64,000 nucleotides of DNA from Hyphochytrium catenoides (taxonomy: Eukaryota > Protista > Hyphochytriomycota), in the NCBI GenBank assembly GCA_900088475.1, contig FLMG01003815.1, forward strand, positions 62,001 to 126,000. Reading direction: 5' to 3'. This document shows, one piece after another, positions 1-13,505 of this stretch. Position 1 is the stretch's first letter. Each line of letters starts with the position of its first letter. Under the pieces are notes generated by a model, which ran no database searches, had not been told where the DNA came from, and saw only the letters and a list, made by a program, of their open reading frames with translations. The position numbers and the translations under genes are program-made.

Positions 1-703
1 TGCTAAAGCTTGTGGATGGCTGATAACCTTCTTAATATCAGACTTCTTAACCCCTGCCATTGGATATCAACCTCCATGCTTAAGACAACGTTGGGTGTCA
101 TGGGTAACAGCCCATAAGGAACAGAAACAGGCAGAGAGACATACATCGGAGACACGTGGTCTATTGACTCCACCTCGAAAAGTTAAGGGAGTTGCCGTCA
201 TGACGCCAATATAGTAAGCATAGGGTTTGAGCTGTGTCGAGACTTTTTACCAGGGAGAACCATCAGAGTGTGCTCCACTCTAAAGTCCAGTTCTCCAATA
301 ATGTGCAGATTGTATCGCAGGAGAAGGTCATATGTAGCGTGGATGCTGCCGCCCAAGCTACCAACGATCAAGACGATAACAAGGGTCAGTCAAACTCCAC
401 GAAGCCAGGATAATATATGGTGAAGTTACCTGTTTTCCACCGGCAAGACCGCGTACTCAGCATCGCCATCCTGGACGGCAAGGAACACTGAAGTAAAAAA
501 AGGAGGTACAAGGTGGTTAGAGTTATTTGTGACAGCGGCTGGTCTACCTAGGGCGTACCATCTTCAAACGAGGGCTTCCCAAGGGACTCTACATTGGGTC
601 CCAGCAGTTGGTGGGTAGCTTTCTGGGAGTAGGCCCCAGGTTCCCCTTGATAGGCCACACGCAGCTTAGGACCATTTGATTGATGAGCATTGGGCATCGC
701 CAT
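1..703 (-). CDS. Prephenate/arogenate dehydratase, 5' part (multi-exon; runs off window start)
   Basis: Spliced exons read MAMPNAHQSNGPKLRVAYQGEPGAYSQKA..FED / VFLAVQDGDAEYAVLPVEN / LGGSIHATYDLLLRYNLHIIGELDFRVEHTLMVLP / GVKKSDIKKVISHPQALA. These carry the PDT-domain motifs AYQGxxGAYS, PVENS and SHPQAL. Start ATG at 703 is tentative. Confidence 0.9.
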
Positions 704-1743
704 TCTCAGCCTTAAAGATAACTCTGGCAGGCGCTTTGGCTTTGATTGGTATCCTGTCGCCTTAGAATATCTGCTACCGGCTGCGCAGCAGATGCAGCCG
801 TGGAGCCTCAATAGCTGCAAGAAGGAATCTGTTCAAGCTCCCGTGACTGTGAAAGGACACAAGCTTACAAGCGGCTGGGAGCTGATGGCTTCTCTTACCT
901 TCTGTCTAGCACGTTGACTTGCCACCAGCAGTCACCTGTACTCCTGAAGGTTCTTTCCCGAGACCTTCTTAGCCTGAGGGGACGTTATTGCTTCTTGAAA
1001 GATGAGGGCGCGTGCTGCTGCTGATGGGCGAAGGCGGCGCCAGGAGTGAAGACTTTGAAGGTCAAGTAACGAAGCTCAAGGATTTTTGTTGAGCTCTGTG
1101 TCAGTTCACGTGAGGGTCCAGAATGAGAACGGACAGGTTATATTATCGTCCTTGCGATGATTGTTCTAATTCTTTATATATTTGCCCTTACTATTAGGGC
1201 CAAGGTCATCATCACTTGCTTTCTGACCATGAATGGATACTGCCTACAAAGGTCAGGGAAAGAAGAGTGGCAGTTCTTATCACTTTGGGAGGACAGAGAC
1301 ATCTCCCGCAGTTTTAATTCAGACACATAAACTTTTTTCTGGCTTGAGAATATATTGATAAGGAGCTCAAACCCACGTTTGTCCCTCACTCACTCACTCA
1401 AAGGGCATGAGCCAGAGGAAGCGATGAAGAGATTTTATGGCATCCTTTCTGCGACTCGTACGTCCACAGTTGAAGACCCAGAGCTCTGCAGCTTCACTTC
1501 TCTGATGTTCACCCAGACTTAGAGATCAGACGCCTTTGACTTAGAGGCTGAGAGCTTCAATGAGCCGATAATCCTTCTATAGCTCCAAGAGCTTCCGCCT
1601 GCCATGATCGAATGAACGACCAGGTGATGATGTATGGCTGAATGACGCCGTTTCGTGAAGAACCTCCATTCCATAGGATGGACAGCTCCAGCTAGCACAT
1701 CTGTACGCCTAGCTTGTGGCTCAGGGCGAGTCTTTGGTGGGAG

Positions 1744-4700
1744 ATGGGACTTCTTGAAGACTTTCCCGACCATATTCTCATCGCCATTCTGTCCTACCTA
1801 GACCTCAGATGCCGTACCAAGATATCACAAGTGAGACGGAACGTCAGCACGGCCTTATTCTGTTGCTGTGGCCACTAACTTTTTATGCAAAGGTCGACCG
1901 ATTGTTCAAATCCCTGCACGCTATTCTGTCCCAGCAACCATACTGGAGAACCATAACCGTCGTGAGGGAGATTGATGGCCAGGATGATGCGAGGGTGGAG
2001 GTTGCAGCGGCAGAGATAGTTCATGAATTCCTAGGCGTGCCATCGAGCAGCATTGGGCAGAGTAGGGAAACATGCAGCTCGTCATCAAGGCAGTGGGAAC
2101 TATCGGGACCCCCTTTGAGTGGCTTGCCCAACATGGGGCTCCTCTTCTCCAGTTATAGCATGATGCCGGCTCAGCCTTGGCGGAGGCTGCCACCGACTTT
2201 GGTCAGTTGCATATAAGGGGACACATCCTTTCGTATTCTCTTTGTGGCTATTTCTTCCCATGCATCCGGATGGCTGAACGGCGAACTTTATCCTCCTTTT
2301 CCGCCTCCAGGAGCTAATTGGATGTTTGGCGACCGACATCGCAGCAATTGACGGTTGCAATCCCATCTCGAGCCTTGCAGCACTATGGGGGAGTAGTAGC
2401 AGCCCTGGACCAAGGCGACAGAGAGAAGCTAGTGCTAGAAAGCGGTCAAGAAGTTATAGCTCCAGTGATCCCGTAGGACCACTAACGGTAGAGACGACAG
2501 GAGAAGAAGGGTTAACTATGACACTAGCTACGCTGCCAAATGTGAATGTGTCTTCCTTTTACCTTCGGCCGCGAGACCTTGAGAACTTAAACATGCTTAC
2601 AGGTAAGACGTAAATATGGTCGGCTCTCTCTGTACGCCGGGGGTCTCTTCTTCGCCGTTCCCCTCTCGTTTTAGAAATAAGGAGCGTGAACTCTACTCTC
2701 ACTGCCATTTCCAAGTGTTAGGAGTTAGATACTCCTGTTCTTGTTATGCTTCCTGGTGTTGCTCTATGGTCATGATCTGGATCTAATGTTCCTTATCGCT
2801 TCCGTCACCGACAAGATTTTGGAGGCACTGCAGTGGAAGGGCCCCTGCGAAAGGCGTTTGCTGCGATCGGCCTGTCCGTGGCGGAGGACTGGAAAGTTTT
2901 CCTCGTCATTTTTGGCCCTGCCTCACAGGTAGTTCAACCCCTTCTTGGCGACTTGGTAGACTCGTAGAACTCACGTATGTCCCAATATGTTAAGGGCAAC
3001 AGCGGATTGCTACGCGCTTTGACACATCTCTACCCTAAGGCAAGCATTGTCGGTGGCATCGCCAGTGTTAGCCTAGAGCTGCAGCAACCTCACTTATGCC
3101 GTGTCTCAAATGGTTTGTTCACACTAATGACTCTCCCTCCTAGCTCCTTCGTACGTTTATATAACTTCTACCGAAGTTGCGCTCATCTGCAGCTAGCTTT
3201 TAGTGGCATTCTTTTGCCACTACCGATCCCACATTCTCTCTTGGTCTTCCCGCCGAGCTTTGTTCGCTAGAGAGTCTCAATGAACGTTCACTACCCATTC
3301 CGATAGCATCTAGAAGAAGGTTTCCGCCCGCTGCGCGCATCAATGCTACAGGGGCCAGCTTTGCATCATCTTTCACTCTTCGCTCCTTCATAGTCTTCTG
3401 TTGACTTGCTTCGCTTGCTTTTTGCCTTGCATTGATCCTCGCGCCGTGGTGCTGTTTCAGGTCAATTCTACGAATATGACGAAGGAGCCGTCTGTCTAGC
3501 GCTACGCGGTGAGCTCTCTTTTGTGCCAGCTGTGACTCGGGCGGTTGCTCCGAAATCCCCGATACTGACGGTACACAAGGTGGTGCGGTCCGCTTTAGTG
3601 GAAGTGCGAAACGAGGAGACACGGTTAGCAATTGATGAGTTCTGTGGACGGGATGATACATGACTATTCTGTTTATTTACTTTTTTTGACTGACAAAGCC
3701 AGTAAACCGTGGGACCAGTAAGCGTTTGACTTTGGCTGACGTTTGACCTTATTTAGCATTGGTGTGAGGTTTTGCCGTTCAACTTCATTCTCTCTAATAG
3801 ACTTCTTCCGTGTCCCACTAGAGAGGTCTTCGACGCCTTGCATTACACGCGTCTCCCTCCGGCAAAGGTTGGCTTTATAGCAGTTAAATCCTCCACCTCT
3901 GGGCGCTGGAGTCTCGAGTCAATCACAAACTTCGTCACGACCTCTGACGGTAATAACCTGATAGTCTTCTTGGACTCACATGTCCCTATTCGTTATCAAA
4001 CCATTAGCATAGGCAATGCTGGAATACGCCATTGATGCTTCATTCTCTTCACTATCTGAGTCTCCTCCCTCAACATCATACATCACGTTACTGTGCGAAC
4101 TTTGGATGTGTCATATCTCCCCGGTTTTGACGTAAATCTTGGAAGGGTTTGGCTTCACCTTGACTTCAAGGGTGACCGTCGGACAGGAGATTCAATTCGT
4201 TTACTTAGATGCTAGCAAGAATAAGGTAACGGCTGACTGGAAGCTAGTCCACTTTTTCAACTCGTTTCTTATATTTGAGCCCCTGTCTCTTTGCCTATGG
4301 TACACAGGTTGATCTTCAAACTCGACTGGCTTTTTTGAACCAAGCTCGGCTCGGTTTCCCTCTAGGATTGGTGCTTTTCACCTGCAATGGCCGCGGAGTG
4401 GATCTTTATAGGACACCTCGGGTGGAGACAGGTGAGTGTGACCTTCAATAGGGCTAGCCGGATCTTATTGGCAGAACCACGCTTCTCTCTTTTTCCCTCT
4501 AACTGCTCCGCGCCCTTGGGTTTTGCGGGTGGGCGACTCCTGATTATTGCTCTACCTCACTGGACACAGAGCTCATAGCGGCTGCTTTTCCCGGGGTTCC
4601 ATGTTGTGGCTTCTTCTGCGGAGGCGAAATCGGACCTGCTCCGGACGTAGGGGCTTCCTTAAGTGTTCCAACACAGCCTGCAGACTCACGAATCTCCGAG

Positions 4701-5187
4701 CCATTGGTAGGCCTTACTCTTCTATCTGCCTTGAAGTATTGCTAATGACTACGAGTTACTTGGATCCCTAATGTCCCGGCCCGTTGCACTCTCACACTTT
4801 ACTTTAGACTCTAAGCGCGGTGGTGGGGGCCTTCTTTATTCCCAGCCCAACGTCACTCCCTACCAGGCCATCATTGTGGGAAAGAGAACCAAGTTTAGCT
4901 GCAGAAGACGCAATGTCTGAGGTAAGAAACTTGAGACTATAACGGCGACGGACGACAGCCTGGGATCCACTAAATCTGGCGTTCATGTCAGCAAAATGGC
5001 AAGAGCGCTATGGCCCGATCAGGTTGGCGCTCCAGCCCCAAGGAAGCCAGGCTTCACTAACTCCCGAATCACATCTAGTGTGAGCTATAACGGCCCCATT
5101 TTTGTGGATGACACCATCCCTTCCTTCTTGGGAGCTAAAGTCATCACCATCATGACCCTGCTAAGAAAGCTATACTGCTTGAACTAG
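1744..5187 (+). CDS. F-box + FIST_N/FIST_C domain protein (FBXO22-like), multi-exon; 3' end uncertain
   Basis: Exon 1 MGLLEDFPDHILIAILSYLDLRCRTKISQ|VDRLF is an F-box. Later exons give LLRALTHLYPKASIVGGIAS, GAVCLALRG..PILTV, VTVGQEIQF, LVLFTCNGRG and GFFCGGEIGP (FIST motifs), joined by GT-AG introns. Confidence 0.85.
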
Positions 5188-5439
5188 ATGCGCCAGTTCG
5201 TCATCATGCGAGCGTAAACAAAATTTTATGCAGGTCTGCCTGCCAGCGCAAGTATATCTATGGCAGTGGGTGCCTCTTCAACCCCATCACGGGCTCTGCT
5301 GTAAATTAATGAACAAAGGTTGTTCAGTCCAGAATTGCAGTCCCTGATGATCATCATCTCTCTATATACTAGCTGGGTAGACGGTGCATTTAGCGCTCAG
5401 AGGTTCTGGAACTGGTGTTCGTAGGTAGCCATAAGCCGT

Positions 5440-6797
5440 TCAAGCTCTTGCTTCTGTCTGGACATCTTTGCTATTTTGTGCTTCAAGCCCTAAATATCCA
5501 GCGGGTAAGGACCAGATATGGCTCCACAGGAAGAAGCTTCTTGTCAGCTTACCTCCTTTTGCTGTAGACGCTGGTGATGCAGCAGTTTGATCTGCCGAAA
5601 GCAGCAAGCACCCTGGTGGGGCGAAGAGGAAGAGAGCAAAACAAGACATTGGTTTGTGCCATGCAGGGAAACTGCGATAGGTGGTTTAACGAGCTATCAT
5701 TGACAAATTTGGAAAGAAGTGCAAAAGGAGAAGGTTCGAGCAAGGACAGAAACTTGCAACCTACCATGGCAACATACAGGATGCCGTTGCAACAGCAGTA
5801 GTAAAACACAATGCTATGTGCGACTGAGGGAGAAGCTGCAGAGCTATCCATGACCCTCATAAAGATGCCGTTGCTGAATTAACACAGGTCAAAGGCGATC
5901 GAAGCGTTGCAAATACGGCGGAAGAACTGTCGGTGTTGAAGGTATTGAGAGGAGCGACCAGGACATAGCAGTAGAGAACAGGTAGACATACCAAGAGGAG
6001 ACGTACAGCGAGCAGCCCAAGAGGGAATCGTAGCTGAGGCGGCCGCTTCAGCGTAGTAACGGGACAAGAACACTAAGAAATAGGTGGAACAACAAGGAGG
6101 TACTGATTAATACTTGACTTACAAGATAACAATGGCTCCACGAACTATCCAAGACTCTAACAGCGCCTAAAAGAAGACAATATACCTATCAGCGACAATG
6201 CGTTGAACCTGAGCGGCTACACGTACCAGTTGGGCTTGGCAGAAGGCAAGTTCTAGCTCTAAGATGAGCGTTAAACCACAAAAGGCAATAGCATAGATCT
6301 CTGCAGCGAATCTGACGGTATCATCAGCACTTGGAAGTGCGAACAGATGGACCAATCCTGAAGCGAGCGCTAGAAAGACAGCGCGAAGACAAGAAAGAGA
6401 GATCGTCAGATCTGACTAGCTTAGAAGACGAGATAAATGCCCACCTACCTCCTACCACAGTCAAGCATCTAAAGAAGAAGCATAGGCCCAGAAAGATTTT
6501 ACGACCACAAATGAAATTTGTGGCGCCTGGAGTAAAGAGTTCTAAGAATGCATCCCATGCTGTTGGTCGCTTTTCCTTCTTGTTATCGTCAGCGGTATCC
6601 CTGCCGACCAAAGCACCGTGACGAGGACTAGATTTCACAGCTGCATCTTGCGGTTGGCCTCTGTTGGATAAGCCACTTTGCTGTGAGCTACTTGATGTTA
6701 TGTCTGTTGACGTGACGGGAAGCTTTCGTCGAGGACTGAGGGTACGGGGGGTGAGACTGGCAGTCTCCTCAGCCATGGGGGACATCGAGTTCATCAT
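5440..6797 (-). CDS. Small multi-pass membrane protein, COPI-associated/Golgi Tvp15-like (multi-exon)
   Basis: Disordered N-terminus, then hydrophobic exons IFLGLCFFFRCLTV, YAIAFCGLTLILELEL, ALLESWIVRGAIVIL and GILYVAM. The xxSWxxRG motif resembles the COPI_assoc family. Confidence 0.5.
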
Positions 6798-7620
6798 CGT
6801 CAAATAACCCCATGACCAGCTTTACTAGATGATATCAAGCAACCCAAGCAGCCACCTGGTCTCGCAGACTGGCTGGGCAGCCTTTACCTCACCTCCTGTG
6901 CCCACCTAGCCCACAGTTCATGACGACAAAGGACCAACTTCACACTATTATCTTGGAAGAAGTGCATCTGTCCGATCTGCAGATGCCCTTCAGAGCTTCA
7001 TCAGAGCATCGCTGTCATCATCAGCAGAGATCAAAAGCTGTCAGCGTCCCTAACAAACAGCCTATGTACAACATGTACGAGGGCAATTGTTTAGCGCAAA
7101 AACGATCTTGATCACATTTCTAAATAGATGCCTTTATATAGAGCTTATTAGGTATAGGTCCTATTCGATTCTCGATATGTCCAGATGAGTTTTATGATGT
7201 TTCCTTCCCCTTCTACTTTTCCTTCATCCCTGAGGCGGAGCTCCTTCACAAGGCCATAGAACCAGGCAGCAGCTGCTCGGCTGATGGAGCTTCAGACCCT
7301 GCTGGTGCATCATCAGATCTGTCGCAGCTGGCAGCAGGGCAGAGCTCGGAAACGCAGATCTTGATGAACGGCGTTGCGAGCTGCAGGAACTGACTGCTGG
7401 CGTGCAGTCTGGGATACTCAGTTATCTTACAACGCACACTCTCCTCGTCCCCATCCAAGATAGACATTGGACTGATAGTGTGCCGCTGCGGGTCTGAGAG
7501 ACGCAGACAGTACCACTCTTGTTGCCTTGGCCCAAGAATCAAAGATTTGCGGTGTAGCGCTGCTGAGCTGAGGGAATTTTGGAGTGCCAGCGTAATAAGC
7601 CTGTACTGCTGCAAGGCACC

Positions 7621-9239
7621 ATGGGCACGAAGGGCAATAGCGTGACGAAGAAGACCGTAAAGGAAAATGGTGCGGCTGCCGGAGCAGCAAGAGACAGTAA
7701 GGCGAGCAATGCTCCCAAAGCCGGCAGCGGCTTTGGGCCTTATTCTCTGATATGGATCATGCTATCTGTATCAATTGCCGCTCTTAGCACTTACTGGAAG
7801 GAGCCCCTGCTGGAGCTCGGATCTCATGCTAGGCGACTATTGAACACCTCCAATGGTTCCATGTCCGCATCTACCTGTCGCGCAAACCAGTACTTGACGT
7901 TGGACGAGCCTGTACCGGGATTCCATGTGCTGTGCGTGGATAGGAAAACCGACGATAACACTCTAAACGTCAGAGCCTTTAGATGGGGCAAAAACGATTC
8001 ACTGGCCTTTACCTCCCCCTCCACCTTCAGTGGTCTTAGACAGTAAGTGTACTCGAAGCTTTGACGCTACCACGTCGGGCAAGAGAAAGACTGAACCGTT
8101 TGAATAGGTCTATTGCTGAGGCTCTAGGGATTCCTCCGAAGGTGACGGACTTGGAAAAGCGGTATAAGAATGACTGGATCATCACGGAGACAGAGGGTCG
8201 GCATCTCCACGACTTGGATCAGGTGCTAATCCAGGGCACGGTGTTTGTCTTCGAGGGAGGCAACTTCATATGGCCCGGTACGAAAAACCTTAATGAGCTG
8301 CTAATCACAATTGCCGTCACCCCCTCATTTTTGTCGACTGTCGTGGACCGAGGCTACTCTCGTACTTCACGTTTCTTATAGAGATCATTGCCTCTCTTCT
8401 ACTTTGTTCCTGCTAGGTGTCCGCGTTGGTCATACTTGGACTACGGAGGTCGATGGTGTCGGCAGGCTGCGCTTCACTACCCTGGCCATGAAGCCTCTCG
8501 TCCTGTCAGTGGACAACTTCCTTAAAGACGAGGATGTTGAGCATATTCAGCAATTGGCCTTGCCAAACCTCCAAGAATCGGGTGTCGCGCTGAAAGACGT
8601 AGACAAGGGCAAACCAGCAACAACGTGGCGTACCAGCACCAACACCTTCCTAGCCTCCACAACTGATCAGTTAAAGAGCATTGATAAGAGGGTAAGGGCA
8701 CGGGACGATGTGATTCAGGCAGACTGTCACTAAGGGGACACCCTGCGGCATCATCTTCCTTCTGGATATCTTCCCGCTTACAAAGATTCTCTCTCGTCTC
8801 TCTCTAGGTCGAGGATATCACGAAAGTGCCATCAGACCACCAGGAATTCCTCCAAGTACTACGCTATGAACTGACCCAAAAGTATGATGCTCATCACGAC
8901 TACTTTGATCCAGACCACTATCAGACCAATGAGGAAACGCTTCAGATGGTTGAGTACGGTCATAAGAATCGTATGATCACCGTCTTTTACTACATGTCCG
9001 ATGTCCCTGAGGGCGGGCACACGTGGTTCCCTAGGGCGGGAGGACTTGAATATCCTGAGCGTCATGATAAATGCGAAGGGGGCCTATTGGTACCGCCTCG
9101 TAAGGGTAGTGTGGTCATTTTCTATAGCATGAGGCCCGATGGCAGCATGGACCCATTCTCCCTACACGGAGGTTGCCCAGTAAAGCAAGGCACAAAGTGG
9201 GCAGCCAACAAGTGGGTGTGGAACAAGGTGTACCGCTAA
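7621..9239 (+). CDS. Prolyl 4-hydroxylase alpha-like 2OG-Fe(II) oxygenase, type II membrane anchored
   Basis: N-terminal TM (LIWIMLSVSIAALS), KPLVLSVDNFL, WRTSTNTFL, QVLRYELTQKYDAHHDYF (HxD), RMITVFYYMSDVPEGGHTWFP and SLHGGCPVKQGTKWAANKW. Four exons. Confidence 0.93.
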
Positions 9240-9328
9240 AGACAGGAGTCCCATGTGTGTGAGATGAGGGGAAAATAGACGGATGTCCTTGAGAACTTGT
9301 CGTAGAAGGTAGATAGAACTGTGCGGTT

Positions 9329-12300
9329 TTAGGTCTTGCTGAAGAAGTAACAGATGGAGGCTCTCCCCTGTGCCACCTTTTGCTTCTTAGCCTTACTGCT
9401 TTGCGTCCGGTCATCTGTCCGCCCTTTAACGTGTTTGCTCCCAGTTTGTCTAGAGATGGGAGAGATACTATCCTCGACTTTTCGGCTTCCTCTTTTCTGG
9501 TCAGGAGTACTTTCCTGAAGGCTCTTACTGTCTCCGAAAGTGTCGTCTGTCCTCTCTGTATTTTCAGTGGGTCTGATGCTTCCCAGAGAAATGAAGCTTG
9601 TAGCCGGAAGACTGTTCAACTCGTTCTCTGGCTCCAAGTGTAAGCTTTGGGAAGAGCTGCTGTCCCATATCTCGACCACATCGACGTCAGCAGCAATGCT
9701 CTCCATCCTGTCCTCCAGAGATTGCGGGTAGCGAGTATCTTTTGCCGACGTAGGATTTGGTGGTGAAACCGCCGCGTTCTTCTTACTAGCAGCGCTGGGG
9801 ACAGCCAATGTTTGGGCCTTGAGTCGGGCTATCAGAGAAGATGTTTCCGTGCGCTGTGCCACCGTTCCTCCTCGCTATTAAGAGGTCAAACAACCAAAAT
9901 CAATTAGCTATGTAGTAGGTACAGAAGGTCGTTGAAAGCCTTGTAGCGGTTAGAGATCATATGAAAAGGTCAGAAGAAAAGGAGGTCTATCACTATCTTC
10001 TATGACCGTCTAGAACACCTCGGTCTAGAAGAGGAAAGGAGGGGTATTCAATAGCAAAGTTCTCATAGGACAGACATAATGCGCGTACCAGAAGAATAGG
10101 TTCAGACTGTGATCGAAGTGAGGTGCGAGGAAGCTCCATTTTGGCAGCAGTTTTGGATGGCGTCAATATCTCGCCTTTTGAGATAAAGGGCACGGAATGG
10201 CTTCTTTGGGGATGCTGTGGCGCTGGATAGGCATTGAGGGGTTGCTTAGAACGAGGATGGATTAGGCCTTCAGCTATACTCCGAGCTGTAGTCTCATCAA
10301 AGGTCATTCCCAACAAGGCAAAGCCCGAGCTCTCTCTGACAATTCTCTGCTCTGAAATCGAGGCGCATGCCTCACTTTCCGTATGGCACATGGACTGTGA
10401 TTGGTCCCCCTGCTCCCCATCCGAAGAGAACTCATCAATCTCGCTGTCAATCCCGGCTGATGAATGTGAGCTACTCGTTTGAGTCTGAAGCTTTGTAGTC
10501 CTACTGTTTCTACGCTTCTTCTTCTGGGAGACGACAGGTGGGTTGATGGTGATCAGCTTGAGACCAGGGTTGTTGGTAACATTACTCTGGGAAGAGCTGT
10601 TTTCTTTGTTGTCTCTCTCAACATCTTTGCCTGCTCTCTGCTCTTGGCTATCTTCCACCTTCTCCTGGTTATTTAGGTCGTTCAACGTTACGCACTTCTT
10701 GGTGTCTGGGTCATAGACTCGATGATAGAGAAACAGATTCTCCGCTTGATGAAATTTGTCAAGATAGCCCATCGGTATCTACAATATCAATAAGCCGCAA
10801 CACACTTATGAGCGCTACGCATCAGAGACTAGAGGGGAGAAGATCCATGACAAAGGGTTCAACAGCATCAACGTGGGTGGAATTGGTGTGTATGTGAAAA
10901 CGGAGCCCAACTGTAGTGATGTTGAAGATATGAATGAACTCTGAAAGTGACTTTGCTGAGTTACATCGACCTTGAGCTTTATTGCTTTGCTGCTTGAGTT
11001 ATGAAGAATCCTAGAGACCCTTTTCCCATCAGGAACAGACCGATATTTAACTAGAAGCTTCTGTGCAGTCTACATGGACACGAATGGAGATGATCAAATT
11101 ATTGTGACATATAGTATGAAGCACCGAAGAGCCTACCGCTAAGCCAATGCCAGGCAACGAGCTCAGATAGTCGCAACCAGCCATAATGCACATCTGAATA
11201 AATAATCGAGAGCCGTTGGGGCACTCGGGAGCCATGAACTGAATCATGTCTTTGACAAAACCTTTCGCTATGAGAGGGACGTAGTTATAAGATAGGGTAT
11301 CCAGATGAGAATGGTCATGAGATTATTAAGGCAGACGTTGGAGATCCAAAGGTCGTCTAAGTAGCGAAACAAGGGACCAAATGGCTAATCTATACGAGGC
11401 ATGAAAAGAAAGGAATGGGAAGAAGTGAGGACCGGCGGAAAGACGAGCGTACAGAGTTCATGATGATTTGACAAGCGCTAACAGAGTGGACCCACCTCCT
11501 GATGCTCTCTCTCGCAAGCAGCGAAGGTCCAATTCCTAGCAGGTGTTACTAAGGTCACTCTGGCTAACAACGAGGTGCGCGAATAGCCTTACCTCTCCAT
11601 TTCCGTAGGCATCCATCTTATAAAAAACAGGACAGGACGAGCCAGCTGCGACGCAGTATACTAAGATATCAGAGTCTTCACTCAGTATCACGTCTGCTTT
11701 GCCTCTTTTGACCAGATAGGCGAGCTGGGAGCTGAAGGTAAGGCTTCGAAGTACATTTGAAAAGTGACTAAACTCCGACGCTGACCTGCGCATCAGCCTC
11801 ATACGGAGCCACCAGAAAGGGAACGTTCTCCTTCCGCAAAGCACTAATAACGGCAGCAGCCATTTCAGGGTTGGCAGGGACAGCCTAGGTCTATCTGTTC
11901 AGAACAGCGTCTTTTTGTCTTCCAAAGCAGCAGATCTCCCCACTTACCCTCTGAAGGTATTCATTCGCTTCTCGGAAGAGATCCTCCTTCTGAGATTCTG
12001 GAGCCTGTTCTGCTTCTCTCAAGAGTCTTTTTCCTTTCTCAATATTAGCCTTTCGATCCTCATGGCGTTGTCGGAGTGTATCTTCCTGTACAAATGAGGA
12101 GTTCATCTGGCGCCGAAGCAAAGCATTAACTGAGAAACTTCTGCTCACCTTGCCAGGCACTCGATCACCATCAAAGACCTGCATGTTAGGGAATTAAAAA
12201 AGTGATTAGGGGTCAATATTTTCGAGAAGAGTGTCAACAACTAGCAAGACATACGCACCACATAAGGTGTGATATTATGGTGCTTCATCATCCCAATGCG

Positions 12301-12556
12301 ATGCATAAAGTACCGAACGAAGCTATCAGTGGGTAGTCCTTCAACGAGCTCTTGAGCGCATGAATATGCTCTACGTAGATCATTGTCAGCCTCTTCTCTT
12401 GTGTCTACTAGCTGTAATAATAAGAGGAAAGAGTACGGACCCCTTATGCAGCCAGGAGTAGCCATCGATTGCAACGGTCATGCCAGCATATTTGGAAATG
12501 TGTTGGTCCTTGGACGTGATGTCCCGCAGCTCGCGGAGAAGGCCTTTGATACCCAT
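9329..12556 (-). CDS. EXO1: Exonuclease 1 (XPG/Rad2 family), multi-exon
   Basis: [74 protein letters not shown] and FLYHRVYDP, followed by a long disordered C-terminus. Confidence 0.93.
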
Positions 12557-13440
12557 TGAAGAAGAGTGAAGCTCTTCTCACACGTCCAGCAACTCTTGTC
12601 ACGAGGAAGAAACGAACACTAGCTACACCCGACGGTCATAGCGCCTCGTCTGACAGAGGCCACAATGGCGGAAGTAGCTCTGATACACGATCTTCTGCTT
12701 ACGACTCGTAGCGTACCCCAGTTCTAGACATTACCTCTGCGGCACCTTGATAGACTAAGCTTCAGTAGAGAGCTCTATCATGCCAAAAAGCTTCATAGTG
12801 GTTCATGCGGTGCACCAATGAAACTTGGTCGAAGTATGACAATTGACAATTGTTTGTTTCGCGCTATCGCTTTGGCGCCAAAACTTTAAACTTCAACGGA
12901 TGCCAGCCGGTAACGGCCTTCTGCTGTAGTTGAGGAAGAAAGGAAGGATCCTGAGTCTCCAGCACAAAGGAGATGACGATCAATCCATCATCTCCGCACT
13001 CTCTCTGAGATCGATAAGAAGTGGTCGATGAAGATGAATGAATGGCAGATACGGTTGATATATAGTACAGCAGGCAGGGAGGTACAGGCCCGCAATGACA
13101 AATAAGGAACAGGCTCCGGATGGTCATCTAGCTTTCGCGTAGGCTTCTTTAGCAGCTAATTGGTGACACGGCCGGAAGGCGTTGTCCACGAGTTAGTACA
13201 GAGTATGACAGGCGCGCAGCCGTAATATTGCCATCGTCCTCCCGTGGAATCCTAAAAAACTCGATGTACTCGGTGTGCCCTTGCCTGACTCCCTATCAGG
13301 AGAGCAGAAGCAACAACAATAAAATGATTGATGGCCGGCCCGATAAGGTTGGGTGTCGTCATTATCATTCTGACTGATCGCCGTCTGCAGACAGAGAAAA
13401 GATCACTTTGAAAATTTGAGACCTGAGACTCACTTTATCT

Positions 13441-13505
13441 GCATCTCCTTTCAGACGGGAGGATGAGAAGAAGGTTTGATCATTCTCCCGTCTGAAAGGA
13501 GGTGC
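13441..13505 (+). repeat. 26-bp inverted repeat (hairpin) with 13-nt loop
   Basis: gcatctcctttcagacgggaggatga (13441-13466) pairs with tcattctcccgtctgaaaggaggtgc (13480-13505). The only two non-Watson-Crick positions are G-U on the + strand. Confidence 0.9.

Noticed and set aside
3200-3661. 153-aa minus-strand ORF
   Set aside because: It is an antisense shadow of a FIST exon (GAVCLALRG..PILTV on +) plus intron sequence.
7246-7614. 122-aa minus-strand ORF between divergent genes
   Set aside because: It has no recognisable motif and I could not build a consistent splice model.
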